In this document: piece by piece, positions 18,207 to 28,038 of the stretch | Position numbering within the stretch: the first letter of the stretch is position 1 | How the letters are laid out: every line of letters starts with the position of its first letter | The notes under the pieces: model-generated | What the model saw: only the letters and a program-made list of their open reading frames with translations | Told to the model about the DNA's origin: nothing | Databases searched by the model: none | Made by a program: the position numbers and the translations under genes | Source of the DNA: an uncultured Bacillota bacterium | GTDB taxonomy: Bacteria > Sysuimicrobiota > Sysuimicrobiia > Sysuimicrobiales > Segetimicrobiaceae | Direction: 5' to 3' | DNA: 64,000 nucleotides | Assembly (NCBI GenBank): GCA_963804645.1 | Contig: CAWDRG010000019.1 | Location: 128,001-192,000, forward strand

Positions 18207-19184
18207 GTGGAGCCGGTCATTGACGTACAGGATCTTCGGAAGCGGTTCGGGACCGTGGAGGCCGTCGCCGGCGTGACCTTCGACGTCCAGCCGGGCGAGG
18301 TGTTCGGGTTTCTCGGCCCCAACGGGGCCGGCAAGACCACGACGATCAAGGTACTGGCGACGCTGCTCCGTCCGACGTCGGGACGGGTGACGCTTGCCGG
18401 GTATGACGTGGTGCGGCATCCCACCGAGGTGCGCCAGGCCATCGGGATCGTGTTTCAGGACCCGAGCCTGGACACCCGGCTCACGGCCGAGCTCAATCTG
18501 AGATTTCACGCGATGCTCTACGGCGTACCGTCGGGCGTCGCCGAGCGTCGGATCGACGCGGTGCTGGCGATGGTGGAGCTCGGCGATCGCCGGCGAGCTC
18601 GGGTCAGCACGTTCTCGGGCGGCATGAAGCGGCGCCTCGAGATCGCCCGCGGCCTCCTGCACGCGCCGCGCGTCCTGTTCCTGGACGAGCCGACCGTCGG
18701 CCTGGACCTGCAGACGCGGAAGCGGATCTGGGAGTACGTGCTCGAGCTGCGCCGCCGCGAAGGGGTGACGGTGTTCATGACGACCCACTACATCGAAGAG
18801 TCGGAGCACTGCGACCGCATCGCGATCATCGATCAGGGGCAGATCATCGCCGTTGACACGCCCGACGCGCTGAAGCGGGAGGTGGGCGGGGACGTGATCA
18901 CGATCGGGTCGCCGAACCCGGGCGCGCTGGTGCGGGAGATCCAGGCGCGCTTCGGCGGAGATCCCCGGGTGACCGACGGCCACGTCGTGCTGGAACGCGC
19001 CGGCGGCGCCGAGTTCGTGCCGCGGGTGGCCGAGGCGTTTCCCGGCCTCGTCGCGTCCGTCGCGGTGACGCGCCCGACGCTGGACGACGTCTTCTTGAAG
19101 CTCACCGGCCGCGCGATCCGCCCCGAGTCGGCGTCCGCGGCCGACCAGTTGCGCGCCTCGGCGCGCGTCTGGGGGCGGCGGTAG
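18207..19184 (+). CDS. ABC-2 exporter ATP-binding protein (DrrA-like)
   Basis: GPNGAGKTT, FSGGMKRRLEIA, LFLDEPT and TLDDVFLKLTG. Confidence 0.92.
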   Translation: MEPVIDVQDLRKRFGTVEAVAGVTFDVQPGEVFGFLGPNGAGKTTTIKVLATLLRPTSGRVTLAGYDVVRHPTEVRQAIGIVFQDPSLDTRLTAELNLRFHAMLYGVPSGVAERRIDAVLAMVELGDRRRARVSTFSGGMKRRLEIARGLLHAPRVLFLDEPTVGLDLQTRKRIWEYVLELRRREGVTVFMTTHYIEESEHCDRIAIIDQGQIIAVDTPDALKREVGGDVITIGSPNPGALVREIQARFGGDPRVTDGHVVLERAGGAEFVPRVAEAFPGLVASVAVTRPTLDDVFLKLTGRAIRPESASAADQLRASARVWGRR

Positions 19185-20011
19185 TGGCGGCGCCGTCGGC
19201 GGTGTCCGTGCCCGCCGCGGGCACGCTCGGGCGCGAGGCCCGCGCGGTCTACGCGATCTGGCTCCGCGAGCTGACGCGGTTCGTGACCGAGCCGGCGCGC
19301 ATCGTCGGGGCCCTCGGGCAGCCGGTGATCTACTTGGTCATCATGGGCACCGGATTTGGAGCGACGTTTCGGTCCGCCGCAGTGCCGTCGGGCTTTCAGT
19401 ATCTCGTCTTCATGTTTCCGGGGATTCTCGGGATGACGGTGCTGTTCACGGCCCTGTTCTCGGCGATCTCGATCATCTGGGACCGGGAGTTTGGTTTTCT
19501 CAAAGAAATCCTCGTCGCGCCGGTGGCACGGAGTAGTATCGTGCTCGGCAAGGTCGTCGGCGGCGCGACGGTCGCCACGCTCCAAGGTCTGATCCTGCTG
19601 CTGCTCGCGCCGTTTGTGGGGGTGCACCTCGGGGCGGTCGCCGTGGTGAAAGTCTGCGTGGTGCTGATCCTGGTCGCGTCGGCATTGACGAGCCTCGGCC
19701 TGGCGATTGCGTCACGCATGGCGACGATGGAAGGGTTTCAGGTCATCATGAACTTTCTCGTGGTGCCGATGTGGCTGCTCTCCGGTGCGTTCTTCCCATT
19801 GCGGGGCCTGCCCGTGTGGATGAGCGTGCTGGTCCGGGTAGACCCGCTCACCTACGCTGTCGACGCGCTCCGCGGCGTCGTCTACGGTGGGTCACCGCTT
19901 GCGGCCGCGCTCGTGCTCCATCCGTTTCACGTGGATCTCGTCGTGGTCGTGGCGGTGCTCGTGGCCATGTTCGCGCTGGCGCTCGCGACGTTTCGGTCGC
20001 GCGAAGACTGA
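19184..20011 (+). CDS. ABC-2 type permease (DrrB-like)
   Basis: Six TM helices with DREFGFLKEILVAPV, LSGAFFP and PLTYAVDALR. Confidence 0.92.
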   Translation: MAAPSAVSVPAAGTLGREARAVYAIWLRELTRFVTEPARIVGALGQPVIYLVIMGTGFGATFRSAAVPSGFQYLVFMFPGILGMTVLFTALFSAISIIWDREFGFLKEILVAPVARSSIVLGKVVGGATVATLQGLILLLLAPFVGVHLGAVAVVKVCVVLILVASALTSLGLAIASRMATMEGFQVIMNFLVVPMWLLSGAFFPLRGLPVWMSVLVRVDPLTYAVDALRGVVYGGSPLAAALVLHPFHVDLVVVVAVLVAMFALALATFRSRED

Positions 20012-20142
20012 TCCTCGGCACTGGAGACCGTCCAGGGAATTCGCGTCATCGACGAATCGCCGTCCGCCGGACGGTCGTCGGCATTCGTATTACTAATGTA
20101 ACCCAACGAAACACGTAGGGGGACGCGTGTGATGGCTGCATT

Positions 20143-20361
20143 GTGAACGTGCGGGTCGATGACGCCGTGAAGCGGCAGATTGACGCGCGAGCCAAGGGGC
20201 AGCACCGGACCGCGAGTGATCAGGCGCGGCGCTGTCTGGAATTGGCGATGCTCGCCGAGGACAACCCTGATCTCCCCTTTGGTTTGATCTCCAAGATCGT
20301 CGAGGGATTGGCCGAGTCCGAGGCGAGGCTCGTCGAACCGCTCGATTCGCGGACCGAGTGA
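20143..20361 (+). CDS. ParD-like (RHH) antitoxin
   Basis: VRVDD...A....R....Q......AEDNPDLP pattern; GTGA overlap with the toxin gene. Confidence 0.75.
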   Translation: MNVRVDDAVKRQIDARAKGQHRTASDQARRCLELAMLAEDNPDLPFGLISKIVEGLAESEARLVEPLDSRTE

Positions 20362-20846
20362 CACCGTCGAAAGAGGCGCCGCCGGAAGCGTGGATCGGTG
20401 AGCAGCTCACGCGCGATGGGCGTGATCGTAAATCGCTGAGTCCGGCGGTTCTGCGCGCGCTCAACAAAGTGCAAGCGCAGATCCTCCAGAACCCGACACT
20501 GGAAGACCGGAAGCGCGGTCGGCTCCGGGCCGTGTACGTTGAGAAGTTCACGGCGCAGCACGACCAGCGGCTGGGCGCGTACGTCCTCATTGAGAAGACT
20601 CGCACCGTGCGATTTCTCGCAGTGGGGCAGCACGAGAATTTCTACCGAGACCTGTCGAGATACGTCGGGGTCCAGCCGGGCGTGGTGAGAGAGTCCGCCA
20701 AGAGTTCGTGGGCGCGCACCGGGCGCGGCCGTCGAGGCTCCCAGGAGCGGAGAGTAAGTCGCCGCTCCCCGGCGAGCGCTCGCTTGCGCAGCCGCGCGCG
20801 TCCAGCGTATAATACGCGGCAGATACGCGACGACGGGGAAGAGTAG
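20358..20846 (+). CDS. ParE-like toxin with an atypical C-terminal extension (possibly degenerate)
   Basis: NP....K.G.L...YV.KF and LAVGQHENFYRDL, the motif that normally ends this toxin family. Confidence 0.7.
   Translation: MTPSKEAPPEAWIGEQLTRDGRDRKSLSPAVLRALNKVQAQILQNPTLEDRKRGRLRAVYVEKFTAQHDQRLGAYVLIEKTRTVRFLAVGQHENFYRDLSRYVGVQPGVVRESAKSSWARTGRGRRGSQERRVSRRSPASARLRSRARPAYNTRQIRDDGEE
20784..20813 (+). promoter_or_regulatory. sigma70-type promoter of T-box/valS
   Basis: TTGCGC-N18-TATAAT. Confidence 0.7.
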
Positions 20847-21080
20847 GCCCGGGACGCCGGAAGGCGTCACGCCGGCAGCGAGGGGAGGACGGTGGAAGCT
20901 CCCCGGGCGTCGGGCTGAACGTCGCCCCCGAGCGTCGGGTCGCGGCGCCAGTGCCGTGGACCCGCGGGCGCGCCCGTGACAGCGCGTACGAGCCGGCGGC
21001 TTCCCTCCGGGGGGCGCCGGGAACGAAGGTGGTACCGCGGAGCGCCGCTCCGCCCTTTGGGCGGGCGGCGTTGTTGCTTC
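20826..21080 (+). promoter_or_regulatory. T-box riboswitch, Val specifier
   Basis: Stem I elements (GAAGAGTAG, CAGCGAG, GGTGGAAG), specifier loop GAAC-GTC at 20921-20923, T-box AAGGTGGTACCGCG at 21026-21039, then a terminator hairpin (CGCCGCTCCGCCC/GGGCGGGCGGCG) and TTGTT; lies upstream of valS. Confidence 0.92.
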
Positions 21081-21097
21081 AGGAAGGAGGCGAGGCT

Positions 21098-23809
21098 GTG
21101 GACGCACGGCCGAAGACAGTGGATGCACTGCCGAAGACCTATGATCCGGCCGCGACCGAGGCGCGCTGGTACGCGGAGTGGATGGCCCGGGGATACTTCC
21201 ACGCCGTGCCCGACCCGACCCGGCGCCCGTACACGATCATGATGCCGCTCCCCAACGTGACGGGCGAGCTCCACATGGGCCATGCGCTCAACGACGGGCT
21301 GCAGGACTGCCTGACGCGGTGGAGCCGGATGCGCGGGTACGACGCGCTGTGGCAGCCCGGGACCGATCACGCCGGCATTGCGGTGCACGTGATCATGGAC
21401 CGGCGCCTTGCGAAGCACGGGCAGACGCGCTTCGACCTCGGGCGCGAGCGGTTTCTCGAGGAGACGTGGAAGTGGAAGGAAGAGACCGGCATCAAGATCT
21501 TCGACCAGATGCGGCGCCTCGAGTTCTCGTGCGATTGGGACCGGGCCGTGTTTACGATGGACCCTCAGTACTACGCCGCGGTGCAGGAGTGCTTCATCCG
21601 CCTCTACCAAAAGGGCCTGATCTATAAGGGCAAGCGGATGATCAACTGGTGCGTCAAGGACCAGACCAGCGTGTCCGACCTCGAGGTCGAGTCCGTGACG
21701 GAAGAGAGCACGCTCGTCTACCTCCGGTACCGCGGGGCCGACGGCGGCCCCGGGGTCGTGATCGCGACCCAACGGCCCGAGACGATCCTCGCCGACGTCG
21801 CGGTCGCGGTGCACCCCGAGGACGCGCGGTACCGCGCGCTCGTCGGGACCGACGTGCTGGTGCCGCTCGTCAACCGCCCCGTGCCGGTTATCGCCGACCG
21901 GCGCGTCGAGCGCGGGTTTGGGACCGGCGCGCTGAAGATCACGCCCGGCCACGACCCGCTCGACCACGAGATCGGCGCCGATCACGGGCTGCCGCTGCTC
22001 GTCGGGCTGGACCCGCACGGGCGGATCACCGACCTTGGCGGGCCGCGGTACGAGGGTCTGGATCGGTTCGAGTGCCGGCGCGTCATCATGGACGACCTGC
22101 GGGCGGCCGGGGCGGTGGAGCGCGAGGAGCCGTACACGACCAACATCGGCCGGTGCGACCGGTGCAAGACGATCATCGAGCCGTACGTGTCCGATCAGTG
22201 GTTTTGCCGGATGAAGGAACTGGCCGCGCCGGCGATCGACGCGGTGCACGACGGACGTGTGACGTTTCACCCAGAGCGCTGGACGAAAGTGTACATGGAC
22301 TGGATGGAGAACATTCGCGACTGGAATATCAGCCGGCAGTTGTGGTGGGGCCACCGGATCCCGATCTGGTACTGCCCGTGCGGGGAGCGGGTGGCGAGCG
22401 TGGAGGCGCCCGCCGCCTGTCCGGCGTGCGGCGAACGGACGCTGACCCAGGATCCGGACGTCTTGGACACGTGGTTCAGCTCCGCGCTGTGGCCGATGGC
22501 GACCCTCGGCTGGCCGGCGGACACTGAGGACCTGCGGTATTTCTACCCCACGAGCACCTTGGTGACCGCCCGCGACATCATCTTCCTGTGGGTGGCGCGC
22601 ATGATCATGTTCGGGTTGGAGTTCCGCGGTCACGTGCCGTTCCGCGACGTATACATCAACCCGACCGTGCTGAACATCGAGGGCAAGCGGATGAGCAAGA
22701 GCCTCGGTACGGGGATCGACCCGCTTGAGCTGGTCGACCGGTACGGGGCCGACTCGCTGCGGTTCGCGCTCATCAACCGCTGCACCGGGGAGCAGGACCT
22801 CCGGTTTTCCGAGAAGATGGTTGAGGACACCCGCAACTTCGCCAACAAGATCTGGAACGCGGCGCGGTTTGTGCGGCTGTCGCTCGGCGAGGCCGCCCCG
22901 CGGGAGGGGGACCCGGGCTGGACCAGCGCCGCGGAGGCGCGGAGGCTCACGCTGCCGGATCGCTGGATTCTGAGCCGGTACGCCGCCGCGGCGGCGCTCG
23001 TCACCGCATCGCTCGAGGGGTTCGAGTTTCGCGATGCGTGCGCGGCGCTCTACGGCTTCACGTGGAGCGAGTTCTGCGACTGGTACGTGGAGATGGCGAA
23101 GGAAAACCTGCGGGCCGGCGGCGACGCCGCCCAGGGTACCCGGCGCGTCCTCGCCTGGGTGCTGTCCCAGATGATGATCCTGCTGCACCCGATCATGCCG
23201 GCGCTGACCGAGGAGATCTGGCAGGCCCTGCCCCACTCGGGCGAGACGATCATGCGGGCGCCGTGGCCGGTGCCGGAGGGGGCGGAGGCGCGGGAGGCCT
23301 GGCTCGCGGGCCGCCTGGATGCCGAGGCCGACGAGGCGATGGCCGAGGTGATGGGGCTCGTGCACGCGGTCCGCGGCATGCGGGCCGAACTCGGCCTGAC
23401 GCCGACAGAGCCGGTGCCGCTCGTCCTGGCGTGCCCCGAAGACCGCCGCGGCCGGGTCGAGGCGGCGCGCCGGTACATCGCGCCGCTCGTGCGCGCGTCC
23501 GAGCTGCGTGTCACCCCGCTTGGCGACGCCGCGGCGCGGCCGGCGGGGGCGGTGTCCGCCGTGTGGGGCCCGGTCGAGATCGTGCTGCCCGTCGGATCGC
23601 CCGAGGCGCGTGCGGCCGTCGGCCAGCGGCTGCGCAAGCAGCTGGCGAGCGTTGAGCGGGATCTCGAGCGGCTGGAGGCGCGGCTCAGCAGCGCCGCGTT
23701 CCTCGACAAAGCGCCGGCGGACGTCGTGGACGCCGATCGGACGCGCGTGGGGGATCTGACGGCGCGGCGCCACCTCCTGGCGCGGTACTTGGAGAGCCTC
23801 GGTGCGTAG
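21098..23809 (+). CDS. valS: Valine--tRNA ligase
   Basis: PNVTGELHMGH, DWNISRQLWWGH, DVLDTWFSS, RMSKS and a C-terminal coiled coil. AAGGAGG precedes GTG 21098. Confidence 0.97.
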   Translation: MDARPKTVDALPKTYDPAATEARWYAEWMARGYFHAVPDPTRRPYTIMMPLPNVTGELHMGHALNDGLQDCLTRWSRMRGYDALWQPGTDHAGIAVHVIMDRRLAKHGQTRFDLGRERFLEETWKWKEETGIKIFDQMRRLEFSCDWDRAVFTMDPQYYAAVQECFIRLYQKGLIYKGKRMINWCVKDQTSVSDLEVESVTEESTLVYLRYRGADGGPGVVIATQRPETILADVAVAVHPEDARYRALVGTDVLVPLVNRPVPVIADRRVERGFGTGALKITPGHDPLDHEIGADHGLPLLVGLDPHGRITDLGGPRYEGLDRFECRRVIMDDLRAAGAVEREEPYTTNIGRCDRCKTIIEPYVSDQWFCRMKELAAPAIDAVHDGRVTFHPERWTKVYMDWMENIRDWNISRQLWWGHRIPIWYCPCGERVASVEAPAACPACGERTLTQDPDVLDTWFSSALWPMATLGWPADTEDLRYFYPTSTLVTARDIIFLWVARMIMFGLEFRGHVPFRDVYINPTVLNIEGKRMSKSLGTGIDPLELVDRYGADSLRFALINRCTGEQDLRFSEKMVEDTRNFANKIWNAARFVRLSLGEAAPREGDPGWTSAAEARRLTLPDRWILSRYAAAAALVTASLEGFEFRDACAALYGFTWSEFCDWYVEMAKENLRAGGDAAQGTRRVLAWVLSQMMILLHPIMPALTEEIWQALPHSGETIMRAPWPVPEGAEAREAWLAGRLDAEADEAMAEVMGLVHAVRGMRAELGLTPTEPVPLVLACPEDRRGRVEAARRYIAPLVRASELRVTPLGDAAARPAGAVSAVWGPVEIVLPVGSPEARAAVGQRLRKQLASVERDLERLEARLSSAAFLDKAPADVVDADRTRVGDLTARRHLLARYLESLGA

Positions 23810-23833
23810 CCCGGCGTTGGGGAGGCGGATCCG

Positions 23834-24865
23834 GTGAGCGGACCGCTCATGTCCGACCTCGCGGCGCCTCCCAGCGCGCCGGCCGGTGCGGCGCGCTGGA
23901 TCGGGTATCTCCTGATCGTGTTCGGCGTCGCGATCCTGGTGATCTTTACCCGGACCGTCGATCCCGCGCGGCTCGGCCGTGCGCTGCAGGGCGCCCGGCC
24001 GGATCTGCTCAGCCTCGCGGTCGTGGCGATCGCGGTGCAGATCGTGGCGAAGGCAGTGCGCTGGCGGTACATGGTCGCCCGCTTGTCGGGGACGGTCATC
24101 TCCATGCGGTTCTCGACGCTCTCGATCCTCGCGGGCGTCGCGGCGGGCAGCGTCACCCCGGCGCGCAGCTTTGAGGTCGCCAAGGTGATGATGCTCAAGG
24201 GGTCGTACGGGACCGGGCTCGGGTTGTCGACGTCCGCCATGATCGTCGAGCGGCTGCTCGACGTCGTCTTCCTCGTGGGCGCGTTCCTCGTCGCCGGGAC
24301 CCTGCTCCCGCGGGGCGTGCTCCTGACGAGCGGCGCCCTGGTCGTCCTGATCGTGGCGCTGATCCTGGGGGCGGCCCTGCTCGCGGCCGCGCCCCTCCGC
24401 GTGCGGGCCTGGGCCCGCGCCGTGCTGCGCTGGCTGCCGGCGCCGGCGGGCGCGCGGGAGCGGGCGGTGCGCCTGGCCGACACGCTGTGCGAGAGCATTC
24501 TGGTGTGGCGCCAGGCGCGGACGCTCGGGATGCTCACACTGATGACGGTCGTGATCACGGCGCTCGATCTGACGCGGGTGTGCATCGTGTTCTGGGCGAT
24601 GGGGACCGGGCTGTCGCCGGTGCTCGTGGCGTTCACGTACGCGGGCGGCGCGATCCTGGGCATGGCGCTCTTGGTACCCGGCGGCATCGGCGTGACCGAG
24701 GTATCGCAGCTTGGCCTCATCACGCTGCTCGGCCCGCGGGCGCTCCCGACCGCGCTCGCGGGCGCCGCGGTGCTGCTCGACCGTTCGCTATCGTATTACC
24801 TGCCGACGCTGATCGGGGCCGCGGTCTTGATTGCGTACCATCGCTATCGGCACGCGTTCCGGTGA
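23834..24865 (+). CDS. Lysylphosphatidylglycerol synthase TM domain / flippase-like membrane protein
   Basis: RWR, TPAR..E, ERLLD, PGGIGVTE and LLDR motifs in a polytopic protein. Confidence 0.85.
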   Translation: MSGPLMSDLAAPPSAPAGAARWIGYLLIVFGVAILVIFTRTVDPARLGRALQGARPDLLSLAVVAIAVQIVAKAVRWRYMVARLSGTVISMRFSTLSILAGVAAGSVTPARSFEVAKVMMLKGSYGTGLGLSTSAMIVERLLDVVFLVGAFLVAGTLLPRGVLLTSGALVVLIVALILGAALLAAAPLRVRAWARAVLRWLPAPAGARERAVRLADTLCESILVWRQARTLGMLTLMTVVITALDLTRVCIVFWAMGTGLSPVLVAFTYAGGAILGMALLVPGGIGVTEVSQLGLITLLGPRALPTALAGAAVLLDRSLSYYLPTLIGAAVLIAYHRYRHAFR

Positions 24866-24949
24866 CGGGCGCCGCCCGCGCGGCCGGCGGGCCCAGAGCA
24901 GGAGCCGTGCCGCCGGCGCCGCGAACCTGAAGGGCGTGGAGCGGGCGCG

Positions 24950-25675
24950 ATGAGAGCGGGGCGGATCCTGCTGGCGGGGCTCATCCTGATCGGCCTATTT
25001 GCTGCGGCCGTGGGCGCGGGGTACCTGCTGGGGCAGACGGCGTTCCGCTTGTCGGAGCCGACCGTGCGGCCGCCCGAAGCGCCGCCGAGCCGCTCGGCGG
25101 TCTCCCCGTCGATTCCCTCAGCATCGATCAGCGCGTCGCAGGGCGGTCCCGTCGGTGCGAATCCGTCGGGAGGGGTGCCGCCGGTGTTTCTCACCGGGAG
25201 CGCCCCGACACCACCGGCGCCCGTGCCCGCGCCGGCGGCGTCGGCGCAGTCGGGGTCCGCCCCCCCTGCACCCGCCGGCAACGCGGTGAGCGGCACCTCG
25301 CCGTCGCGCCCGGTACCGCCGCCCGCGGCGCCTGCGGCTCCGACCCCGCCCCCGGCCCCAGCGGTTCCGACCCCGCCCCCGGCGCCGACGTCCGCATCAG
25401 CGCCGCTGCCGTCGCCCGGCAGCTCGGTGAGCGGCACCTCGACGCCGTCCGTCCCGACGGTTCCGACCCGATTCCACGTGCAGGTCGGCGTGTTCGCGTT
25501 GGAGCAAAATGCGGAGGCGCTGGCACTGCGCGTGCGCGCGCGCGGCTACGCGGTCACGGTGACCAGCGGTCCGCCCTTCCACGTCCGCGTCGGCGGGTAC
25601 GTGGATCGGACGACAGCCGAGCAGCTCGCGCAAGACCTGCGCAAGGCCGGGTTCGAATCGTTTCTGACCCCGTAA
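24950..25675 (+). CDS. Membrane-anchored SPOR-domain protein with a Pro-rich linker
   Basis: N-terminal TM helix and C-terminal FHVQVGVF....NA...HVRVG.Y....A. Confidence 0.87.
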   Translation: MRAGRILLAGLILIGLFAAAVGAGYLLGQTAFRLSEPTVRPPEAPPSRSAVSPSIPSASISASQGGPVGANPSGGVPPVFLTGSAPTPPAPVPAPAASAQSGSAPPAPAGNAVSGTSPSRPVPPPAAPAAPTPPPAPAVPTPPPAPTSASAPLPSPGSSVSGTSTPSVPTVPTRFHVQVGVFALEQNAEALALRVRARGYAVTVTSGPPFHVRVGGYVDRTTAEQLAQDLRKAGFESFLTP

Positions 25676-25705
25676 GCGGGGTGATCTCGTGGAAGGGAGC
25701 TGCTG

Positions 25706-26479
25706 ATGGCGTATGAGCATCTGCTCGTGACGATCGAAGAGCCGATCGCGGTGGTCACGCTGAACCGCCCGAAGGTGCTGAACGCGTTGAGTCAAGCCGT
25801 GATGGGGGAGCTGGCCACGGCGCTGGAGGCGTGCGACGGCGATCCCCGCGTGCGGTGCGCGGTACTGTGGGGAGGCCCGCGGGTCTTCGCCGCCGGCGCT
25901 GATATCCGCGAATTTGCGGAGCAGTCTCCGGGCGATATGATCCGCAGCTACCGATTCCTCGAGTGGGAGCGAATCCGCCGCGTCGCGACGCCGGTCATCG
26001 CCGCGGTCTCCGGGTACGCGCTCGGCGGCGGCTGCGAACTGGCGATGGCGTGCGACATCATCATCGCGGCGGAGACCGCGCAGTTCGGGCAGCCCGAGAT
26101 TCAGCTCGGCGTGATGCCCGGTGCCGGGGGCACGCAGCGCCTGACCCGCGCGATCGGGAAGTCCCGCGCCATGGAGATGATTCTCACCGGCCGGTCGATC
26201 TCCGCGCAGGAGGCGCTGGCGGCGGGGTTGGTGGCGCGCGTGGTGCCGGTCGAGCTCTGTCTCGACGAGGCGAAGGCGCTCGCGCGGGAGATCGCGTCCA
26301 GGGCTCCGCTCGCGGTGCGCGCGGCCAAGGAGGCGGTCCTGCAGGCGTTTGAGATTCCGCTCGCCGACGGCGTCCTGTTCGAACGGCGGTGCTTCCACAT
26401 GCTTTTCGGGACCGCGGATGCGGCCGAGGGCATCCACGCGTTCGTGGAGAAGCGGCCCGCGAAGTGGACCGGGCGGTGA
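25706..26479 (+). CDS. paaF: Enoyl-CoA hydratase (PaaF-like)
   Basis: FAAGADI, GYALGGGCELA and FGQPEI.LG.MPGAGGTQRL; paa context. Confidence 0.85.
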   Translation: MAYEHLLVTIEEPIAVVTLNRPKVLNALSQAVMGELATALEACDGDPRVRCAVLWGGPRVFAAGADIREFAEQSPGDMIRSYRFLEWERIRRVATPVIAAVSGYALGGGCELAMACDIIIAAETAQFGQPEIQLGVMPGAGGTQRLTRAIGKSRAMEMILTGRSISAQEALAAGLVARVVPVELCLDEAKALAREIASRAPLAVRAAKEAVLQAFEIPLADGVLFERRCFHMLFGTADAAEGIHAFVEKRPAKWTGR

Positions 26480-27201
26480 CCGCCGTCCGGGCGCGCGATT
26501 CGCTCGCGCGCCTATCCCGCGACGTCGTGGCGTGTACCGCGTGCCCGCGCCTGCGCCGCCACTGCGATGCGGTGGCCGCCCGCGGCAAGCCGGAGTTCGC
26601 CGGATTTCACTACTGGGGCAGGCCGGTGCCCGGGTTTGGCGACGCGCGCGCCGCCCTCGTGATCGTCGGTCTCGCGCCGGCCGCGCATGGGGCCAACCGG
26701 ACGGGGCGCATGTTCACGGGCGACAGTTCCGCGGCGTGGCTCGTGCGGGCGATGCACCGCGCCGGGTTCGCCAATCAACCGACGTCCCTGCACCGGGGCG
26801 ATGGCCTGCGTCTCCGGGGAGCCTATCTGACGGCTCCCGTCCGGTGCGCGCCCCCGGCGAACAAGCCGACGCGGGGCGAGCTCGAGCGATGTCTGCCATA
26901 CCTCGAGCGCGAGGTGCGGCTCCTGCGGGACGTTCGGGTGCTGATGGCGCTCGGCCGGATCGCGTTCGAGGTCTGCCGCCGCCTCCTTCGGGGCTGGGGG
27001 GCCGAGGTGCGGGGCGTGTCGTTCGGACACGGGGCCTGCTATGAATTCGGGCCCGGCCGACCGGCGTTGATCGCAAGCTACCACCCGAGCCGTCAGAACA
27101 CCAATACGGGGAAACTCACCGAGCCGATGTTGGACCAGGTGTTTCGGGCCGCCCGCGGCCTGGTGGATGGCGCGGCGCCGGCGGAGACCGCGGCCGGCTA
27201 G
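26476..27201 (+). CDS. Uracil-DNA glycosylase family 5 (UdgB-like, 4Fe-4S)
   Basis: CTACPRL, GLAPAAHGANRTGRMFTGD, RCAPPANKP and YHPSRQNTNTG. Confidence 0.92.
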   Translation: MTAVRARDSLARLSRDVVACTACPRLRRHCDAVAARGKPEFAGFHYWGRPVPGFGDARAALVIVGLAPAAHGANRTGRMFTGDSSAAWLVRAMHRAGFANQPTSLHRGDGLRLRGAYLTAPVRCAPPANKPTRGELERCLPYLEREVRLLRDVRVLMALGRIAFEVCRRLLRGWGAEVRGVSFGHGACYEFGPGRPALIASYHPSRQNTNTGKLTEPMLDQVFRAARGLVDGAAPAETAAG

Positions 27202-27234
27202 GGCGCGTCGGCGCGGACACGGGAGGGCATCGGA

Positions 27235-28005
27235 ATGACGGGGACGCTGGTCGTGGAGACGCAGGGCGGCGTGCGGGTGGTCACGCTCAACCGCCCGGAC
27301 GTGCTGAACGCGTTCAACGCCGAGATGGGCGGCGCGCTCGCGGACGCGCTCCGCGATGCCGACCGGGACGCGGCGGTGCGCTGCGTGCTGCTCGCGGCGG
27401 CGGGCCGCGGATTCTGCGCGGGGCAGGACCTTCGCGAAGAGCAGGCGGGGTCGCTCGGGGACGTGCTGCGCGCCCGCTACAACCGGATCGTGCTGCTGAT
27501 GCGGACGATGGAGAAGCCCGTCGTGGCGGCGGTCAACGGTGTCGCCGCGGGGGCCGGCTGCAACCTGGCCCTGGCCGCGGACCTGCGCATCGCATCGGAC
27601 CGGGCATCGTTCATCGAGGCGTTCTCCCGCGTCGGGCTGGTCCCGGACTCCGGGGGCACCTGGCTGCTGCCCCGGCTCGTCGGGCTCGCGCGCGCGTTTG
27701 AGATGATGCTGCTCGCCGAGCCGGTGGACGCGGCGACGGCGGAACGCATCGGCTTGGTCAACCGCGTCGTGCCGCACGAGGAGTTGATGCCGCGCGCGCG
27801 CGAGCTGGCGGGCCGTCTCGCCGACGGGCCGACGCGCGCGTACGGGCTGATCAAGCGGGCGGTGGAGCATAATCTGTCGGTGGGGTTCCGAGGCGCGCTC
27901 GAGTACGAGGCGTATCTGCAGGACGTGGCCGGACGCACCGCCGACTACCGTGAAGGCGTGGCCGCATTTCTTGGGAAGCGGGCCCCCGTGTACCGCGGCG
28001 AGTAG
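27235..28005 (+). CDS. paaG: Enoyl-CoA hydratase/isomerase (PaaG-like)
   Basis: [24 protein letters not shown] and [16 protein letters not shown]. Confidence 0.85.
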   Translation: MTGTLVVETQGGVRVVTLNRPDVLNAFNAEMGGALADALRDADRDAAVRCVLLAAAGRGFCAGQDLREEQAGSLGDVLRARYNRIVLLMRTMEKPVVAAVNGVAAGAGCNLALAADLRIASDRASFIEAFSRVGLVPDSGGTWLLPRLVGLARAFEMMLLAEPVDAATAERIGLVNRVVPHEELMPRARELAGRLADGPTRAYGLIKRAVEHNLSVGFRGALEYEAYLQDVAGRTADYREGVAAFLGKRAPVYRGE

Positions 28006-28038
28006 GCCCGCGGCGGGCGGCGAGAGGAGCGTTTGGGA

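Noticed and set aside
25200..25460. Short repeats in the SPOR gene (GTGAGCGGCACCTCG twice; CCGACCCCGCCCCCGGC twice)
   Set aside because: They encode a Pro-rich linker and have no repeat-spacer periodicity, so they are not a CRISPR array or mobile repeat.
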